From the NCBI RefSeq assembly GCF_009914755.1, contig NC_060932.1: a DNA stretch of 64,000 nt; one strand, 5' to 3'. Of the stretch, positions 15,004-43,138 are shown in pieces; positions within the stretch are counted from its first letter, which is position 1; the number at the start of each line of letters is the position of its first letter. Under the pieces are notes generated by a model. The model was not told where the DNA came from, did no database searches, and saw only the letters and a list, made by a program, of their open reading frames with translations. The stretch comes from the human T2T-CHM13v2.0 reference genome, Homo sapiens. The position numbers and the translations under genes are program-made.

Positions 15004-15188
15004 AAGGAAATACAAGTTTTAAAGTAGCAAAAGCCTTTATTTTATAACCATAAAAATTTGAATGTCAGATTTAAGCAAATAATAAAAGTATACAAATAAT
15101 AAAAGTATACTTCCGTTTTCATTTATAGCCACTGTTAGTAATGAGGAAAGACAGCAGAAAAGAAAGCTCAGTCAAAAAATAAAATGCG

Positions 15189-16175
<987 letters not shown>

Positions 16176-16389
16176 TTGCGGTGAGGCCAGTTAACTATTC
16201 TTTCTACCCACTAGCTCCTATCTTCCAAATCAACCTGCCAAGTAATAGGTGTGAAGCAGGTTCACTGTGGGCCAGTGTCATTCCCAGAGGAAGACTAAAC
16301 ATCTCACTCACTGCACCTTGGGCTATACCAGTTTCTATGACTCCCAAGAGTCTGAGAAGACAGAACACTCGCACACAGGCCGCACGCAG

Positions 16390-16488
16390 CAGGTCTATTA
16401 CTGACTGATAGGCAGCTGACTATCAACAGGTCTATTACTGACTGATAGGCAGCTGACTATCAACAGGTCTATTACTGACTGATAGGCA
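16390..16488. repeat. 37-bp minisatellite, 2.7 copies
   Basis: CAGGTCTATTACTGACTGATAGGCAGCTGACTATCAA starts at 16390 and 16427, with a partial copy at 16464. Confidence 0.95.
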
Positions 16489-17101
16489 ACAGAAGCTCAG
16501 GAAGGCTGTCCAGGGTGGGTGAAGTCTTGTCCGCACATGCCTCACTTTCACGACAGCTGGGGGACCCTGGAAAGCAGTCTGCCCTGGGTTTTATGCCCCA
16601 GGGGCATGTGATCACTGGACTAAAGTATTGTAGGACATTCTGCTCTAGAAGAAGAGGAGCAGAGTCTGGGCTGTTCCATCCAATTCCTCCTTAAGTTGTT
16701 GCATGTCAAGAACACTATTTTTTTGTTTTGTTTTCACTTTGGCTTGTTTTAATAAAAGCATTTTTATAAGCTGGGTGGGGGAAGAAGTGAACATTGTAAA
16801 AATTTCTCAAACATTTGCTATTTTACAAGGGCAAATAAATATGTTATTAATTTTAAAAGTGAACTTACAGAACAATTCCTAAATTTTCCTGCACCTCCCC
16901 CCCGCCAGTTAAAGCGAACAAAGAATATGCATAAACATTAGAGCTTTTAATTGCTACTGGTATGAATAGCACTGTTCTAAATTTCTTTTATGTCAAACCT
17001 TAGGTGAGCCCTGTTTTTGTCTTACTAACACACATTTGTAGCGTCTTCTCTCATTTGGATGTAGAGTTAGATGCCCTCTTGGCCACTCTTACCAACCTTA
17101 T

Positions 17102-17182
17102 TAAAGTTCATCCATTAGAAACACTTGCAAGAAAACCAATAAAGTTCATCCATTGGAAACACGTGCAAGAAATACAATAAAG

Positions 17183-17183
<1 letters not shown>
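17102..17183. repeat. 38-bp tandem repeat, ~2.2 copies
   Basis: TAAAGTTCATCCATT(A/G)GAAACAC(T/G)TGCAAGAAA..CAA at 17102 and 17140. Confidence 0.9.
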
Positions 17184-18181
<998 letters not shown>

Positions 18182-18659
18182 TCATGAAGAGGGATGTTTC
18201 CAAGTAGGAAGAAAAATTAGAAAATGTCATTGGAATTTTTTTTTCCTGTTTATATCTTATAACTTGAGTGAAAGTGATGGGTAATGCTGGGACAGGTGGC
18301 AGGGTGAGGCTGAGAAGGTATCTCTCTCCCTTTGAATTGGTCAGTCTGGAAGCCAACACCACCACCCAGGGATTTACTAAAGGTTTCTTCATACATTGCT
18401 TTCTTCAAAGAACACATAACACATTCTCTATTTTCAACATTCCATGATAATAAGAGTGGGGATTCTCCACTGCTCCTCCCAAGCATGTGTGTGACCAGCT
18501 GTGATTCCATGGTGCCCCGTTTCCGTGTTCTCTGAAACATTTCAGTGGTGCTTCACAGAAAATTCCTTTTATAAATAGAGAAGCTCTTTTTGCTAGAGGA
18601 TGAAGTCATGGAGTCATGGTGTGTTTTATTAGTTGGCTCAATTTTTTAAAAATCAATTC

Positions 18660-19152
18660 TTTTTTCCATTTTTTATTTTTAATTTACATGGGTATATAGT
18701 AGGTATATATATTTATGGGGCACATGAGATACTTTGATACAGACATGCAATGCATAATAATCACATCATGGTAAGTGGGGTGTCTGCCCCTCAAGCATTT
18801 ATCCTTTGTATTGCGAACAATCCAATTATACTCTTTTACTGATTTTTAATACAATTAAATTATTATTTACTATAGTAACCCTGTTGTGCTATCAAATACT
18901 AGGTCTTATTCATTTTTTCTATTTTTTTGTAGCCATTAACCATCCCCACCTCCCCCCACCCCTCACTACCCATCCCAGCTTCTGCTAACCATCCTTCCAC
19001 TCTCTATCTCCATAAGTTAAATTGTTTTAATTTTTAGCTCCCACAAATAAGTGAGAACATGTGAACTTTGTCTTTCTGTGTCTGGTTTATTTTACTTGAT
19101 GATCTCCAGTTCCATCCATGTTATTGCAAATGACAGGATCTCATTCTTTTTT
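18660..19152 (-). mobile_element. L1MA-type 3' end
   Basis: TATATATTTATGGGGCACATGAGATACTTTGATACAGACATGCAATG ... CAAATGACAGGATCTCATTCTTTTT. Confidence 0.85.
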
Positions 19153-20265
19153 AGAGGAGCAGGAATGTGTTTACAAACAATGGTTGATCTTTCATATTTT
19201 CTTGTTAGGCTCGAAGGCCACAGTGCTGACAGTTGAAGTCTATGGCCTAGTAACACCCTGGACTTTGGGGAGCCCTGGGTGATTGCTCCTCACCTAATGG
19301 CTAAGCTGCCTCTGTCTGCTAGTTTTTTCTATCCTTAAATAGTATGGATCAAAAGCAATCCATGATCAGTGTAGGAAATCAGGAAAAGAGAGAAACCTAT
19401 AAAGAAAAAAGTGTGAAATTCAAGTGGACTGAGGATTGTGGGGGAGAAACCATTTGAGTGCACACACATTTATTTATACATGACTCTTACCTTCAGGTTA
19501 ATTGAGATCTTGATTTAATTAGTCATGAATGCAAAATCTTACTGGCACTATGTGGCCAAACCAGAGAAGCTAAATTTCCTTCTGTATCACAGGCATCTGT
19601 GGGGCTTTCTCTGCCCTCCGTGGGAGAACCTATCCAACCATGAATGTGTGGCCACCAGTGGGAATGTTTACAAACCCTGGGCTTGCCTGGTTTGTGAACC
19701 AGACTCAGAGCCACAGCCTCCTCTAGGGAAAAAGGAGAGTCGTTGCATATGTCCCTGAAAAGCATTAGTTTCCAGCTTCCTGGAGTCCTGGAGAGCCACA
19801 AAATCACCTGAGACAACTGCTGTACTGTTGAGTTCCACTGTGCAGAGATGGCCCCTATATTGATTTGTTTGGTATATTTCTTTACAGACTGTATTGTGTT
19901 TGTGTGTGTGTGTTTCTAATTTTAACAAAATTAGGAAAATTTTCTGTACCCTTTTTTGGTCCTGCTTTTATGCTTTATATTTTATCATGAACATATATGT
20001 ATCATATTTATGACATTTATATAAAATATATAATATTTATAAAATTTATATAATTATGTATATATTATTCTCCAAAAGCAAAAATTGTGTTATTATACAA
20101 TGTCTCATTTTGTGGTGAAATACACTGCTTTAATTATTCCCCTGCTATAGAACATTGTGGTTATTTTTTTAATTTCTTACTATTTGTTTTGCTTTTATAA
20201 ATAGCACTGTAATAGCATACTTATATCTAGGTCTAATATTATTCTTCTTTAAAAATCATCTTAGA

Positions 20266-21232
<967 letters not shown>

Positions 21233-22149
21233 GAATAGTGCTTCTCGAAATATCTATGGTGGAGAAGCAGTTTTATTTTGTGTTCCATGTTGCAATCTGT
21301 TGCACACTGATATGTGGTCCTACCGTTTAGGACTAGTTCCCAGCTCTGCATGTTGAATTTGCCACCCAAGTCCCCCAACACCCAAACTCTTCTGTCCCTG
21401 CTCCCCCAGACAAGACCACTGATCATTAACTTGGCTATCAAGACAATGTCAAATTGCAGTAAAAATTTGTAAATTCATACTGTCAATTCCCGTGCTTATC
21501 TTGATACCGACCAGAAACAGTTTAGGAGCTGACACCAGTCTTCAAACCATACTTTGAATATCTCTGTTCTCTGCTTTGTGTGTATGTGGTCTAAGAACTG
21601 GATATTTGAAGAAATCACATTATTTGCCCGCACATGCTCATCTGCTCTAATTCTGAAATTGTCTGGATAAGACTTTGGAAACTTGGCTTATTCCATTATA
21701 ACGAATGAAGTCAACTGCTTGCTAAGAGCTGTGTGCCTACCACAGACAATTATGATCTTTCAACAGCATGGGGAAATACAGGAGTAAATACAGCCTGTGG
21801 TATCCTGATAGTATTTTAATATGACAATCTTTTTCTACCTACTGAGAATGTCAGGAAAGTTCTGACTCTAAAAGCACACCTTAAAATTTTGTCCTGTTTA
21901 TCTGTATGCAGAGAGATTTTTATGCTTTAAAGCCTTTAGTGTAAACATATAGTACTTGGAAGTAAAAACAAAAAGAGAGACTAACATGAAAGCTCCTGTG
22001 ACTTCTCCTCTAGATGCCAGCTGGTCGAATGTACATGACAGACCACTAGCCAGTCTGAAGAACTGAGCCCTTCCCCACAGTGAGCCTGGCAATGCAGAAA
22101 TGGAGACGGAGGAGTCTGTCTGGCCCAGTCCCCAATCAAGCCTGTCTAT

Positions 22150-22843
<694 letters not shown>

Positions 22844-23052
22844 AATCACTGTACAGAAGGTTATAAAGGAAGGTAGCAGGCGGTTGCCAGATGAAAGTGG
22901 AATGACCTCTGCTCTGGCTATGTCATGGCAATAAGGACACACCTGTTCCTTCCATTAGGTGAATAAGGCCTACATTCGGTTATCCATTCAGCTAGGTGCT
23001 GTATGGATAACACAAATACAGATGTATAGACATGGACACTGCTTGGAAGAGC

Positions 23053-23959
<907 letters not shown>

Positions 23960-24615
23960 AGCTTTAAGTTTATTGCTGATTATAAAACCTAGACAATAGA
24001 GTGAGTCATAAATATCTTAAGAACAGGTTAATAATGCTTTAGGTTAGATAAAGCAAAGATTAAATAAAGGTTTGTAGATCTGGTTTATAGGGAAGCATTT
24101 GCATGCATGTAAAAGGCAGGTGCTTTGTGTTTAATAAAAGATTTATTTATTTAGCAAATATTTACTGGGTGCCTGCTGTGTACTAGAGGCTGTACCAGGT
24201 AAACGGTATAACCACCATTCTGCTCTCCCCCACCCCCACCTCCAAGATCTTGGAGTCTACCGGGGAAGTGAGACTGTTAAATAGGTAACTGCAAGGAGGT
24301 GATATGAATGCCATGACCGGGATGCACAGCTCTATGGCCACATACAACAGGGTGCCTACCTGTCCAAGGAGGTAGTGAAGACCGCAGAGAAAAGTCATGT
24401 TTGGTAGGACTCGCTTATTACCTCTTGACAGATCTGTTTTTGGAAGTCCCTAACAAGATGTAATTCAGTTAGGTGTTGCAGGATAGCTTGTACAAAGAAT
24501 TAGTTACTTCCAATCACAATCCTCAAGTCATATTCCTTCTTCCATACTGGAAAGTATAAGGAAGAGGTGATACCAGCCAGCCGGTATTACCGGTAGATAT
24601 GGACACTATCCCTAA

Positions 24616-24634
24616 TGGCCACAAGATGGCAGTA
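24616..24634 (+). promoter_or_regulatory. Candidate CTCF site
   Basis: TGGCCACAAGATGGCAGTA matches the CTCF core CCASNAGRKGGCRS. Confidence 0.6.
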
Positions 24635-24689
24635 GAATCCATCAGCCAGTTTCCCCCACCTCAAAAATATTTATTGAATAAAGTTTTAA

Positions 24690-25060
<371 letters not shown>

Positions 25061-25766
25061 AGTTTATTTTTTTATTTATGTGATTTTCAGAAGTCCTTGG
25101 TGAAAATAATTTTCATCCTTAGACTGTATAATATCTCTGCTTTTTTATTTTTATTTTTTCACTGTAGCTCATCTAGTTTGCTGTACTTTGTAGAGACCCA
25201 GATTTCAGAGGCAACGAGTCTCTGAGCTACCAGAATAACAAGGAAGCAGGGAGGATGTAAAAGAAAACATTTTAAACTATCATGAAGGAGGAGAGCAGGA
25301 CTAGATACTGTGGTTTATGATCAACATAAAACAGAAACTTCTACTTGATGGTAACTGGTAAACATATACAGCATATGAACCTTGCCAGGGGCCCTGCAAA
25401 TACATAATTATCACTATAAAAGGGGTTTGCCAGAATTTCACTTATTCTTATGATGTTACTAAATCTGCTACCACCTCATTTGTGAATTTTTCCTTGATCT
25501 GAAGCTAAACACTCTAGAACATTTCAGGCCTTGTGACATTTTCCAGGCTGTTTGACTAATTGATAATTAACTACAAGCTTCCTTTCTCATCTTCTCCATG
25601 TGGAGATGTCAGCACGCAGTATCCAAGCAGATGGGGACAAGGTGAGGGGTGTGGTTGCACAGGTGGTGTGCCTGGGGTTAGAGTGTGCCCACACTGAGGG
25701 GTTACCGGAATGCAGGACTTTCAGTTTTAAAACTGACATAGTCCTGGCCAAGCGGGGATGAGTTGG

Positions 25767-26145
25767 TGCTATGGTTTTAATGTTTTTGCCTCCTCCAAAA
25801 TTAATGTGTTGGAAACATAATTATTCTTATGCAACAGTATTGGGAGGTGAGGCCTTTTGGGAGGTGTTTAGGTCGTGAGGACTCTGCCCTCATAAAGTAT
25901 GAATGCTGCTATAAAAAAGGGCTTGCAGGAGTGGTTCGTTCTCCCTTGTTCTTCTGCCTTTCTGCTGTGTGAGGACACAGCAGTCCTCTCTGTAGGATGC
26001 AGCAACAAGGTGACATCTCAGAACCAGAGGCTAAACCTTGATCTTGGACTTCCCAGCCTCTAGAAATGTGAGAAATAAATTTCTGTTCCTTAGAAATTAC
26101 CCAGTCTCAGGTATTCCATTATAGCAGCACAAAATGGACTAAGAG
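25767..26145 (+). mobile_element. MST-type MaLR LTR (MSTC/D-like)
   Basis: TGCTATGGTTTTAATG ... GAAATAAATTTCTGTTC ... ATAGCAGCACAAAATGGACTAAGA. Confidence 0.8.
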
Positions 26146-26327
26146 AGTTGGTCACTCTACCCAGTATACAAGGAAGTAGGGAGCTGTTGTGGAGAGAGGG
26201 TGAGAGGAAGTATGGTAAAATATTAACAATGGACACATTTGGGTGAAGGGGATAGGAGAGTTCTTTATACTGTTCTTAAATTTTTTTCATGTATTTACAA
26301 CTATTTTTAAAAACAAACAAAAAAACC

Positions 26328-28371
<2,044 letters not shown>

Positions 28372-28477
28372 TCACCTCTCCTCTCCCCTTCTCTAACCCA
28401 CCCCTGTTCTATCCTCCTTCCCTCTTCTCTTCAGAGCCAAACACAGTAGGATTTTGATGTGCATGCCTCAATAAAAT

Positions 28478-30003
<1,526 letters not shown>

Positions 30004-30007
30004 TCAT

Positions 30008-32150
<2,143 letters not shown>

Positions 32151-32446
32151 CCAAGTGTATTATTTTTTAAATCAAAATTTTAAATATTTCTTTTGCCTCT
32201 GTTGTTTCTGAGAGCCGAAGACATAGCAAGTTGAAGAAGCCTTGGCTTTTTGACATTCTGGGACACCTTTCAAGAACACTGAACCCACACCAGGATTGTC
32301 ACACACTGACAGGGAAAGATGTGTCACTCCAGACCCAGGCAAGCAAACTTGGCCACAGCTGGGATATGTGTCTTGCATCAAAGCAGAAGCAACTGGTAGT
32401 TTTGAGGGTCTTCTGACAGACACCCTCCAAACATACTGCTCAGAAG

Positions 32447-32909
32447 TGAGGTAGGAGGTGAGATGCGACTCTGGAGTCAGGGTTTGGACACTGGACCAAA
32501 TTCAGGGATGGGGCTGAAGCAGCTTTCCATGAGACATGCTCAACAGTGTGCCATGTCGGTTTACCATTGCCATGGCAACACCTGGGCATTGCCACCCCAT
32601 TCTATGGTAATGACCCGATGACCCAGAAGTTACTACCTTTTTCCTAGAAATTTCTGCATAAACTTCCCCTTAATCTGCATGCAATTAAAAGTGGGTGTAA
32701 ATATGCCTGCAGAACCTCCCTGAGCTGGTATTCTCAGCGCACTGCCTGTGGGTTAGCCCTGCTCTGCAGGGGCAGTCACAGAGCTGTAACACTGCCACTT
32801 CAGTAAAGCTGTTCTCTTCTACCACTGGTTCACACTTGAATTCTTTCCTGGACAAAGCAAAGAACTCTCTGGGGTGAAGTTCCAATTTGGGGTCACCTGC
32901 CCTGCATTA
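32447..32909 (+). mobile_element. ERV1 solo LTR (MER4-group; MER61-like, subfamily uncertain)
   Basis: Starts TGAGGTAGGAGG, contains CCATTGCCATGGCAAC and an AGTAAA signal, and ends CTGCCCTGCATTA. Confidence 0.7.
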
Positions 32910-33243
32910 GAGGGACAAGAGTCCCTGGCTGGAAGCTTGAGTTCATTAGACTCCTCCAATGTTGATGAAGTCTTAAGTTATGACTCCCTCTAAGAGATGG
33001 TCTCTAAGTTTAATAAACTTCAAGATCTCTGTCAACCTTCAAGTATTCAATTACCCACTCTGAAAAGGGGAGTTCAGTGCTGTAACACTTTTATGGCAAG
33101 ACATTTTTGAGTCTAAATAAAACACCTTGGGACTTGAAATATATAATGTTGTTATTGTATTAGATGGTAGTGGAATAATGAACTCTTCCTTAATTAAAAC
33201 TTATTTTTACATATGTAATACAAATGTCAAAATGTCAAGTTAA

Positions 33244-33674
<431 letters not shown>

Positions 33675-33739
33675 TGAATGCATCTTTTTTCAGTTTTAAT
33701 CGTTAATGAAAAATACAAGAACATCACAGAACGGAGGTA

Positions 33740-34870
33740 AATGTATAGGGTTAACAGCGCCTCTAGCGGGGATATCGAAAGGATCAACTAGGCTCTAAGT
33801 ATCGGGAGCTAGCAGCAAGGGCTGCTCACCGTATGCTGCCATCCGTCCAGGAAGCGAGTGGGAAGCTGGTGTTCTCGGCAGGACGGCGGGAGCATCTGAG
33901 GAGAGGACCCAGGTGCGAGGAAATCTCAGAAATGGGAACGGGGAAATTGAAAGCACAGGAGATAAACTTTGCTTGGGTCACAACTAGAACCCTTCGCTTC
34001 GCCTTTACGAAAATATTGAGGCCCGTTGCAACCCTAGATGAGGTTGTCTCATTTTCTCGCTGGAGAACTGTCAGGGAACACGGAAAACCCACCCGCGACC
34101 CGGCTTCATGCGGCGCCGTCTCCTATGGCAACCGGGAGGAGGCGTGGTTCGAAGGTTAGTCACGCCCCTTTCCTTCCAACCCGAACAACGATTGGTCCGA
34201 AGGCGCGGCGGTGGCGCGGGGAGGCGGATCCAGGACCGCAGCTCCGGCTGGCCCGCGCCGCCATTTTGGATTGTGTGAGTTTCCGGGACGTTCGGAGGGT
34301 GGCCTCTCTCCCACCGGGTTCCGCATACCCCAGGCACCGGCCCGCATCCAAGTGTCAGGTTGGAGCCGGGAAGCGGCCCTGGTGGTAGCGGCGGCGGGGG
34401 CAGGATGAGCGCGGAGGCGGCGGACCGGGAGGCGGCCACCTCCAGCCGGCCCTGCACCCCGCCGCAGACCTGCTGGTTTGAGTTTCTGCTGGAGGAGTCA
34501 CTGTTGGAGAAACATCTGCGCAAGCCCTGCCCGGGTGAGCGCGGCGCCTGCACCTGGGGAGCGGGACCCGGCCACCGGCGCTGTCCGCCCAGCTTCCCTC
34601 CGCTCCCCGCCTTCTCGGTCACCGAAGCTGCGGCCTGGGAGGCGCGCACAGGAGCCCAGCTCCGGCCGGGCTCCTCGCTTCCCTTAAACATGCCCGGGTG
34701 GAGGGTCAAAGAAAAGCTCGAAACAAAGGCTCTCCTACCCCCGGAGGGGAGGGCTTGGTGCTGTCATCCTAAACCCTTTGGTCCTTTTTACGATTTACCT
34801 TTTTACTGTTGGGGTTTTAGAGGCTGCGAGGCGGGTCTTGTGGTTGCTTGGGTCGGGGAGGCTGACCAGA
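33740..34870 (+). promoter_or_regulatory. INTS8: INTS8 CpG-island promoter / 5' UTR
   Basis: High GC and CpG content. RFX X-box GTCTCCTATGGCAAC 34118-34132, SP/KLF CACGCCCC ~34161, inverted CCAAT (ATTGG) 34191-34195 and YY1 GCCGCCATTTTG 34257-34268. No TATA box. Confidence 0.9.
34405..34534 (+). CDS. INTS8: INTS8 exon 1 coding part (MSAEAADREAATSSRPCTPPQTCWFEFLLEESLLEKHLRKPCP)
   Basis: ATG in AGGATGA context and donor G|GTGAGC. Contains the WFEF motif (aa 24-27), known to recruit PP2A. Confidence 0.97.
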
Positions 34871-35757
34871 CCCCTCCTTCAACCTCAAGCTGAATAAATT
34901 CAGGGAGCTGGGGAGAAACCAGCTGTTGGGTGTTGATCGTGACGCTAGTTATTATCTTAGGTTTTATTTAAACATTTTTTTCTTCAGTGAGGGAATTTTA
35001 TTGACTCTTATTCCAAAGTTGGGCTGTAAGTTAAAAGAAAATCTTTGAAAGCAGGAACTGCTGCACATTTGCAAGATGGCTTTGTATAGTGATGATAATG
35101 ATTAATAGCCCAGTTAAATGGGTGTGATTGATGGGGGAGGAGGAAAACTCCAGGCATTCTCAAAAAAGGTATTGGCACAAAAAGGTAAGTTCCTCGGATA
35201 GCATTTCTCTAAATTCAAATCTAGATATGGCTTGTTCAGTCTCAGACTGGCCTTCACTGATAGAGACCACTGTGTAAGAAGTTAGTGTACTTAGGCAGTT
35301 TTGGCACCTGTATAATGCCCTTAATTCATTCCTTTTGAAAGATAATTTGTTGAGTGCTTTCCGGGTGCCATGCACTGTGCTTAATTGCTCACATCCGTTA
35401 CCTCCTTTAATTTAATCTTCAAAATGATCCTCTATTTTGCATTGGAAGAAGCAGGTACGGAGAGGTCACTTGATGGAGGTCCCCCTAATTAAGTGTCAAA
35501 ATAATAGTTCTAATATTTATATCTCATTCTTCTAATTGGCAGTGGTTATTTGCAGAACCAGAAATCTATGACTGTTATGTTCTTCCCCGTAAGGTGCTTT
35601 TTTTTGCTTTCTTCCACTCTAATCTGTTACCCTTCCTCCTTACCACTCTTCCGCATCTCCTTTAACCCCCAGGCACACTTCTTACATACGTATTCCTTAG
35701 TCATTTTAACAGCGCAGCTGTTTGGATTCCTTTTGTGGCAAAAAAAAAACCCAAACT

Positions 35758-35773
35758 CCCCCCCCCCCCCCCC
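35758..35773. repeat. C16 homopolymer
   Basis: Read directly from the sequence. Confidence 0.9.
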
Positions 35774-35857
35774 AAAAAAACCAAACCAATAGTGAATCCT
35801 TTTGTATCTACATAATTAAAACTTAAATTTAAGAATTTATTTTCTTTTAAACCCTAG

Positions 35858-38105
<2,248 letters not shown>

Positions 38106-38227
38106 CTAAACCCAGAGATGTGGTTCCTTAACAATGTAGGTATTTTCAGCGAGGATATGGAATTTTGTATGTATTTTGTGTTTCTTTCACAATTAATGTG
38201 CAAACATGTACGTTTTGCTTCTTCAAG

Positions 38228-38368
38228 TTTGTCTGTTCCAGTATTGAATATGCTACTAAATGAACTACTCTGCATCAGTAAAGTTCCTCCTGGGACAAAG
38301 CATGTAGACATGGATCTGGCCACTTTACCTCCGACCACTGCCATGGCTGTACTTCTCTATAATAGATG
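38228..38368 (+). CDS. INTS8: INTS8 exon 3 (SLSVPVLNMLLNELLC...AVLLYNRW)
   Basis: AAG acceptor and TG|GTAAAT donor. 141 nt, in frame. Confidence 0.95.
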
Positions 38369-38686
38369 GTAAATGTTTTCATAAACTCAGAAGGCGTTGG
38401 GCAACCTCTGTTTTATTGCACTGTGGCTTTCAAGGATATTCTTTTAATGGACCCATTCTGCTGCAGGGATTTTTCAAATCTGGGGAACTGTGAGTCTAAT
38501 GGTGGAGAAAATTTGTGACTGCATAGATGAAAAGCAATCTGATAAAAATGTGGATGACTTATGCAGGATTTACCATGTGTCAATTAATGCTTCATATAAT
38601 TTATACAAACCTAAGGAGTACTTGAAAAAATAATTGAGATGACATTTATAATGTATGAAATTTTCTTTTTCCTGTCTTTTCTTCAG

Positions 38687-38758
38687 GGCAATTAGGACAA
38701 TTGTTCAAAGTAGTTTTCCAGTCAAACAGGCAAAACCCGGACCCCCTCAGTTAAGTGT
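38687..38758 (+). CDS. INTS8: INTS8 exon 4 (AIRTIVQSSFPVKQAKPGPPQLSV)
   Basis: TTCAG acceptor and GT|GTAAGT donor. 72 nt. Confidence 0.95.
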
Positions 38759-38950
38759 GTAAGTTGGTGGCTATGACCTTTACTTGGCACTTTTTTCATT
38801 GGAGTTTTAAAAATGTTTGCAAGTTTTTAATAACCTCTGTTATAGAAGAAGTAGAGCAGGAATAGGAGGGCAGAAGGCCTGTGTGAAGGTTTGTTTGAAG
38901 GAGTTAGAGGGGCTGGAGAGTCAGGTAATGTGCTAGATACAGAGTTCTAA

Positions 38951-39740
<790 letters not shown>

Positions 39741-39938
39741 AAAGTAAATGAGAAAATACTGGTACGTTAATAAGCATCATAATAGTTGAGGGTTTTGTTT
39801 TTTCAAACATGAAAATGAATAACATTAAAAACACTCTTAAATTGAACCTGACTTTCAAGAATGATGCTCTTAAGTTTTGAATTTTTTAGTCTTGAGAGTA
39901 ACTTTTGATACTTTTGTTTTCAATTGTTTCTCTTTTAG

Positions 39939-39990
39939 TATGAATCAAATGCAACAGGAAAAAGAGCTAACAGAAAACATTTTGAAAGTG
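39939..39990 (+). CDS. INTS8: INTS8 exon 5 (MNQMQQEKELTENILKV)
   Basis: TTTTAG acceptor and GTG|GTAAGT donor. 52 nt. Confidence 0.95.
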
Positions 39991-40040
39991 GTAAGTATTG
40001 GCATCAGTTACACAGTAACACTTCAGGAACAACTTTAGAG

Positions 40041-40568
40041 CAGCAGTTCCCAACCTTTTTGGCACCAGGGACTGGTTTTGTGGAAGGCAATTTCCAGGAA
40101 ACTGGATGTGGTGTGGGGGGCGGGGGGCGAGGATGATTTCAGGATGATTCAAGCACGTTACATTTATTGTGTACTTTATTTCCATTATTATTACGTTGTA
40201 ATATATATGGAAATAATTATCCAACTCACCATAATTTAGAATCAACGGGAACCCTGAGCTTGTTTTCCTGCAACTAGATGGTCCCATTTGGGGGTGATGA
40301 GAGACAGTGACAGATCATCAGGCATTAATTCTCACAAGGAGGACACAACATGGATCCCTCGCGTGTGTAGTTCACGATAGGGTTTGCGCTCCTGTGTGAA
40401 TCTAATGCCCCCATTGATCTGACAGGAGGTGGAGCTCAGGCCATAATGTGAGCGATGGGGAGCAGCTGTAAATACAGATGAAGCTTCTTTTGCTCACCCG
40501 CTGCTCACTTCCTGCTGTGCAGCCTGGTTCCTGGTACCAGTCCATGGCCTGGGGGTTGGGGACCCCTG
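40041..40568. mobile_element. MER1A (hAT-Charlie) DNA transposon, full length
   Basis: TIRs CAGCAGTTCCCAACC...GGTTGGGGACCCCTG over ~528 bp, with a degenerate 8-bp TSD (CTTTAGAG / CTTTATAC). Confidence 0.85.
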
Positions 40569-40862
40569 CCTTTATACCATTTATAGATGTGTCTTCTAAT
40601 CTTGGGGACATGAGAGTTGTGAAGGTCTAAGTGCCGTGACATTAAGGTTTTTACTATTAGGATATAGGTAATATTCTAAATCACACATAGTCTTTCAGTT
40701 TTAATAGTAGAGTACTACTGATTGATTCTGTTTCGTGATACATTAGTAGATACGAGAAACTGATTTTACAGGTGACGTCTTTATATTTTGTATTTTCTAA
40801 AAACTCTATGACAAACATGTATAGTTTATATTTTAAAATTACTTTTATAATAAATTACAGCA

Positions 40863-42743
<1,881 letters not shown>

Positions 42744-42955
42744 CTCCTGTTTTTCATATTTTCTAACCTCACAATAGGAACTTATTTCCCTTCATTTAAG
42801 GTAACTTTATTTCAACAAATGTAATTGTACTCTTGCTGTGTTAAAAATTTTTTTAATAGCTTAGTGTACTGAGTTACTAAATAGACTGTAAATATTTTTG
42901 GTTATTATAATCAGTTGCTATTTTTGTATTTTTATTTGTTTATTGATTTCTGTAG

Positions 42956-43138
42956 CTCAAAGAACAAGCTGCTGATTCTATTTTGGTACTAGAAGCAGCC
43001 CTAAAATTAAACAAGGATCTTTATGTCCATACGATGAGAACTCTAGATTTATTGGCCATGGAACCAGGCATGGTAAATGGAGAAACTGAGAGTTCTACTG
43101 CTGGATTGAAAGTCAAAACCGAAGAAATGCAGTGCCAG
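42956..43138 (+). CDS. INTS8: INTS8 exon 6 (LKEQAADSILVLEAALKL...EEMQCQ)
   Basis: TGTAG acceptor and CAG|GTATTC donor. 183 nt. Confidence 0.96.

Noticed and set aside
15076-15110. 17-bp tandem duplication CAAATAATAAAAGTATA, and similar short duplications at ~31712-31743 and ~63755-63812
   Set aside because: Routine slippage events with no functional context.
16390-16488. 37-bp palindromic repeats resembling a CRISPR array
   Set aside because: The units are contiguous with no spacers, there are no cas genes, and the context is eukaryotic.
33755-33771. CAGCGCCTCTAGCGG, CTCF-like motif upstream of the promoter
   Set aside because: One base short in the core relative to the consensus, so too weak to call.
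33826-34893. Long overlapping ORFs on both strands (up to 212 aa)
   Set aside because: Stop-codon depletion in the CpG island. Only 34405-34534 is the INTS8 exon 1 frame.
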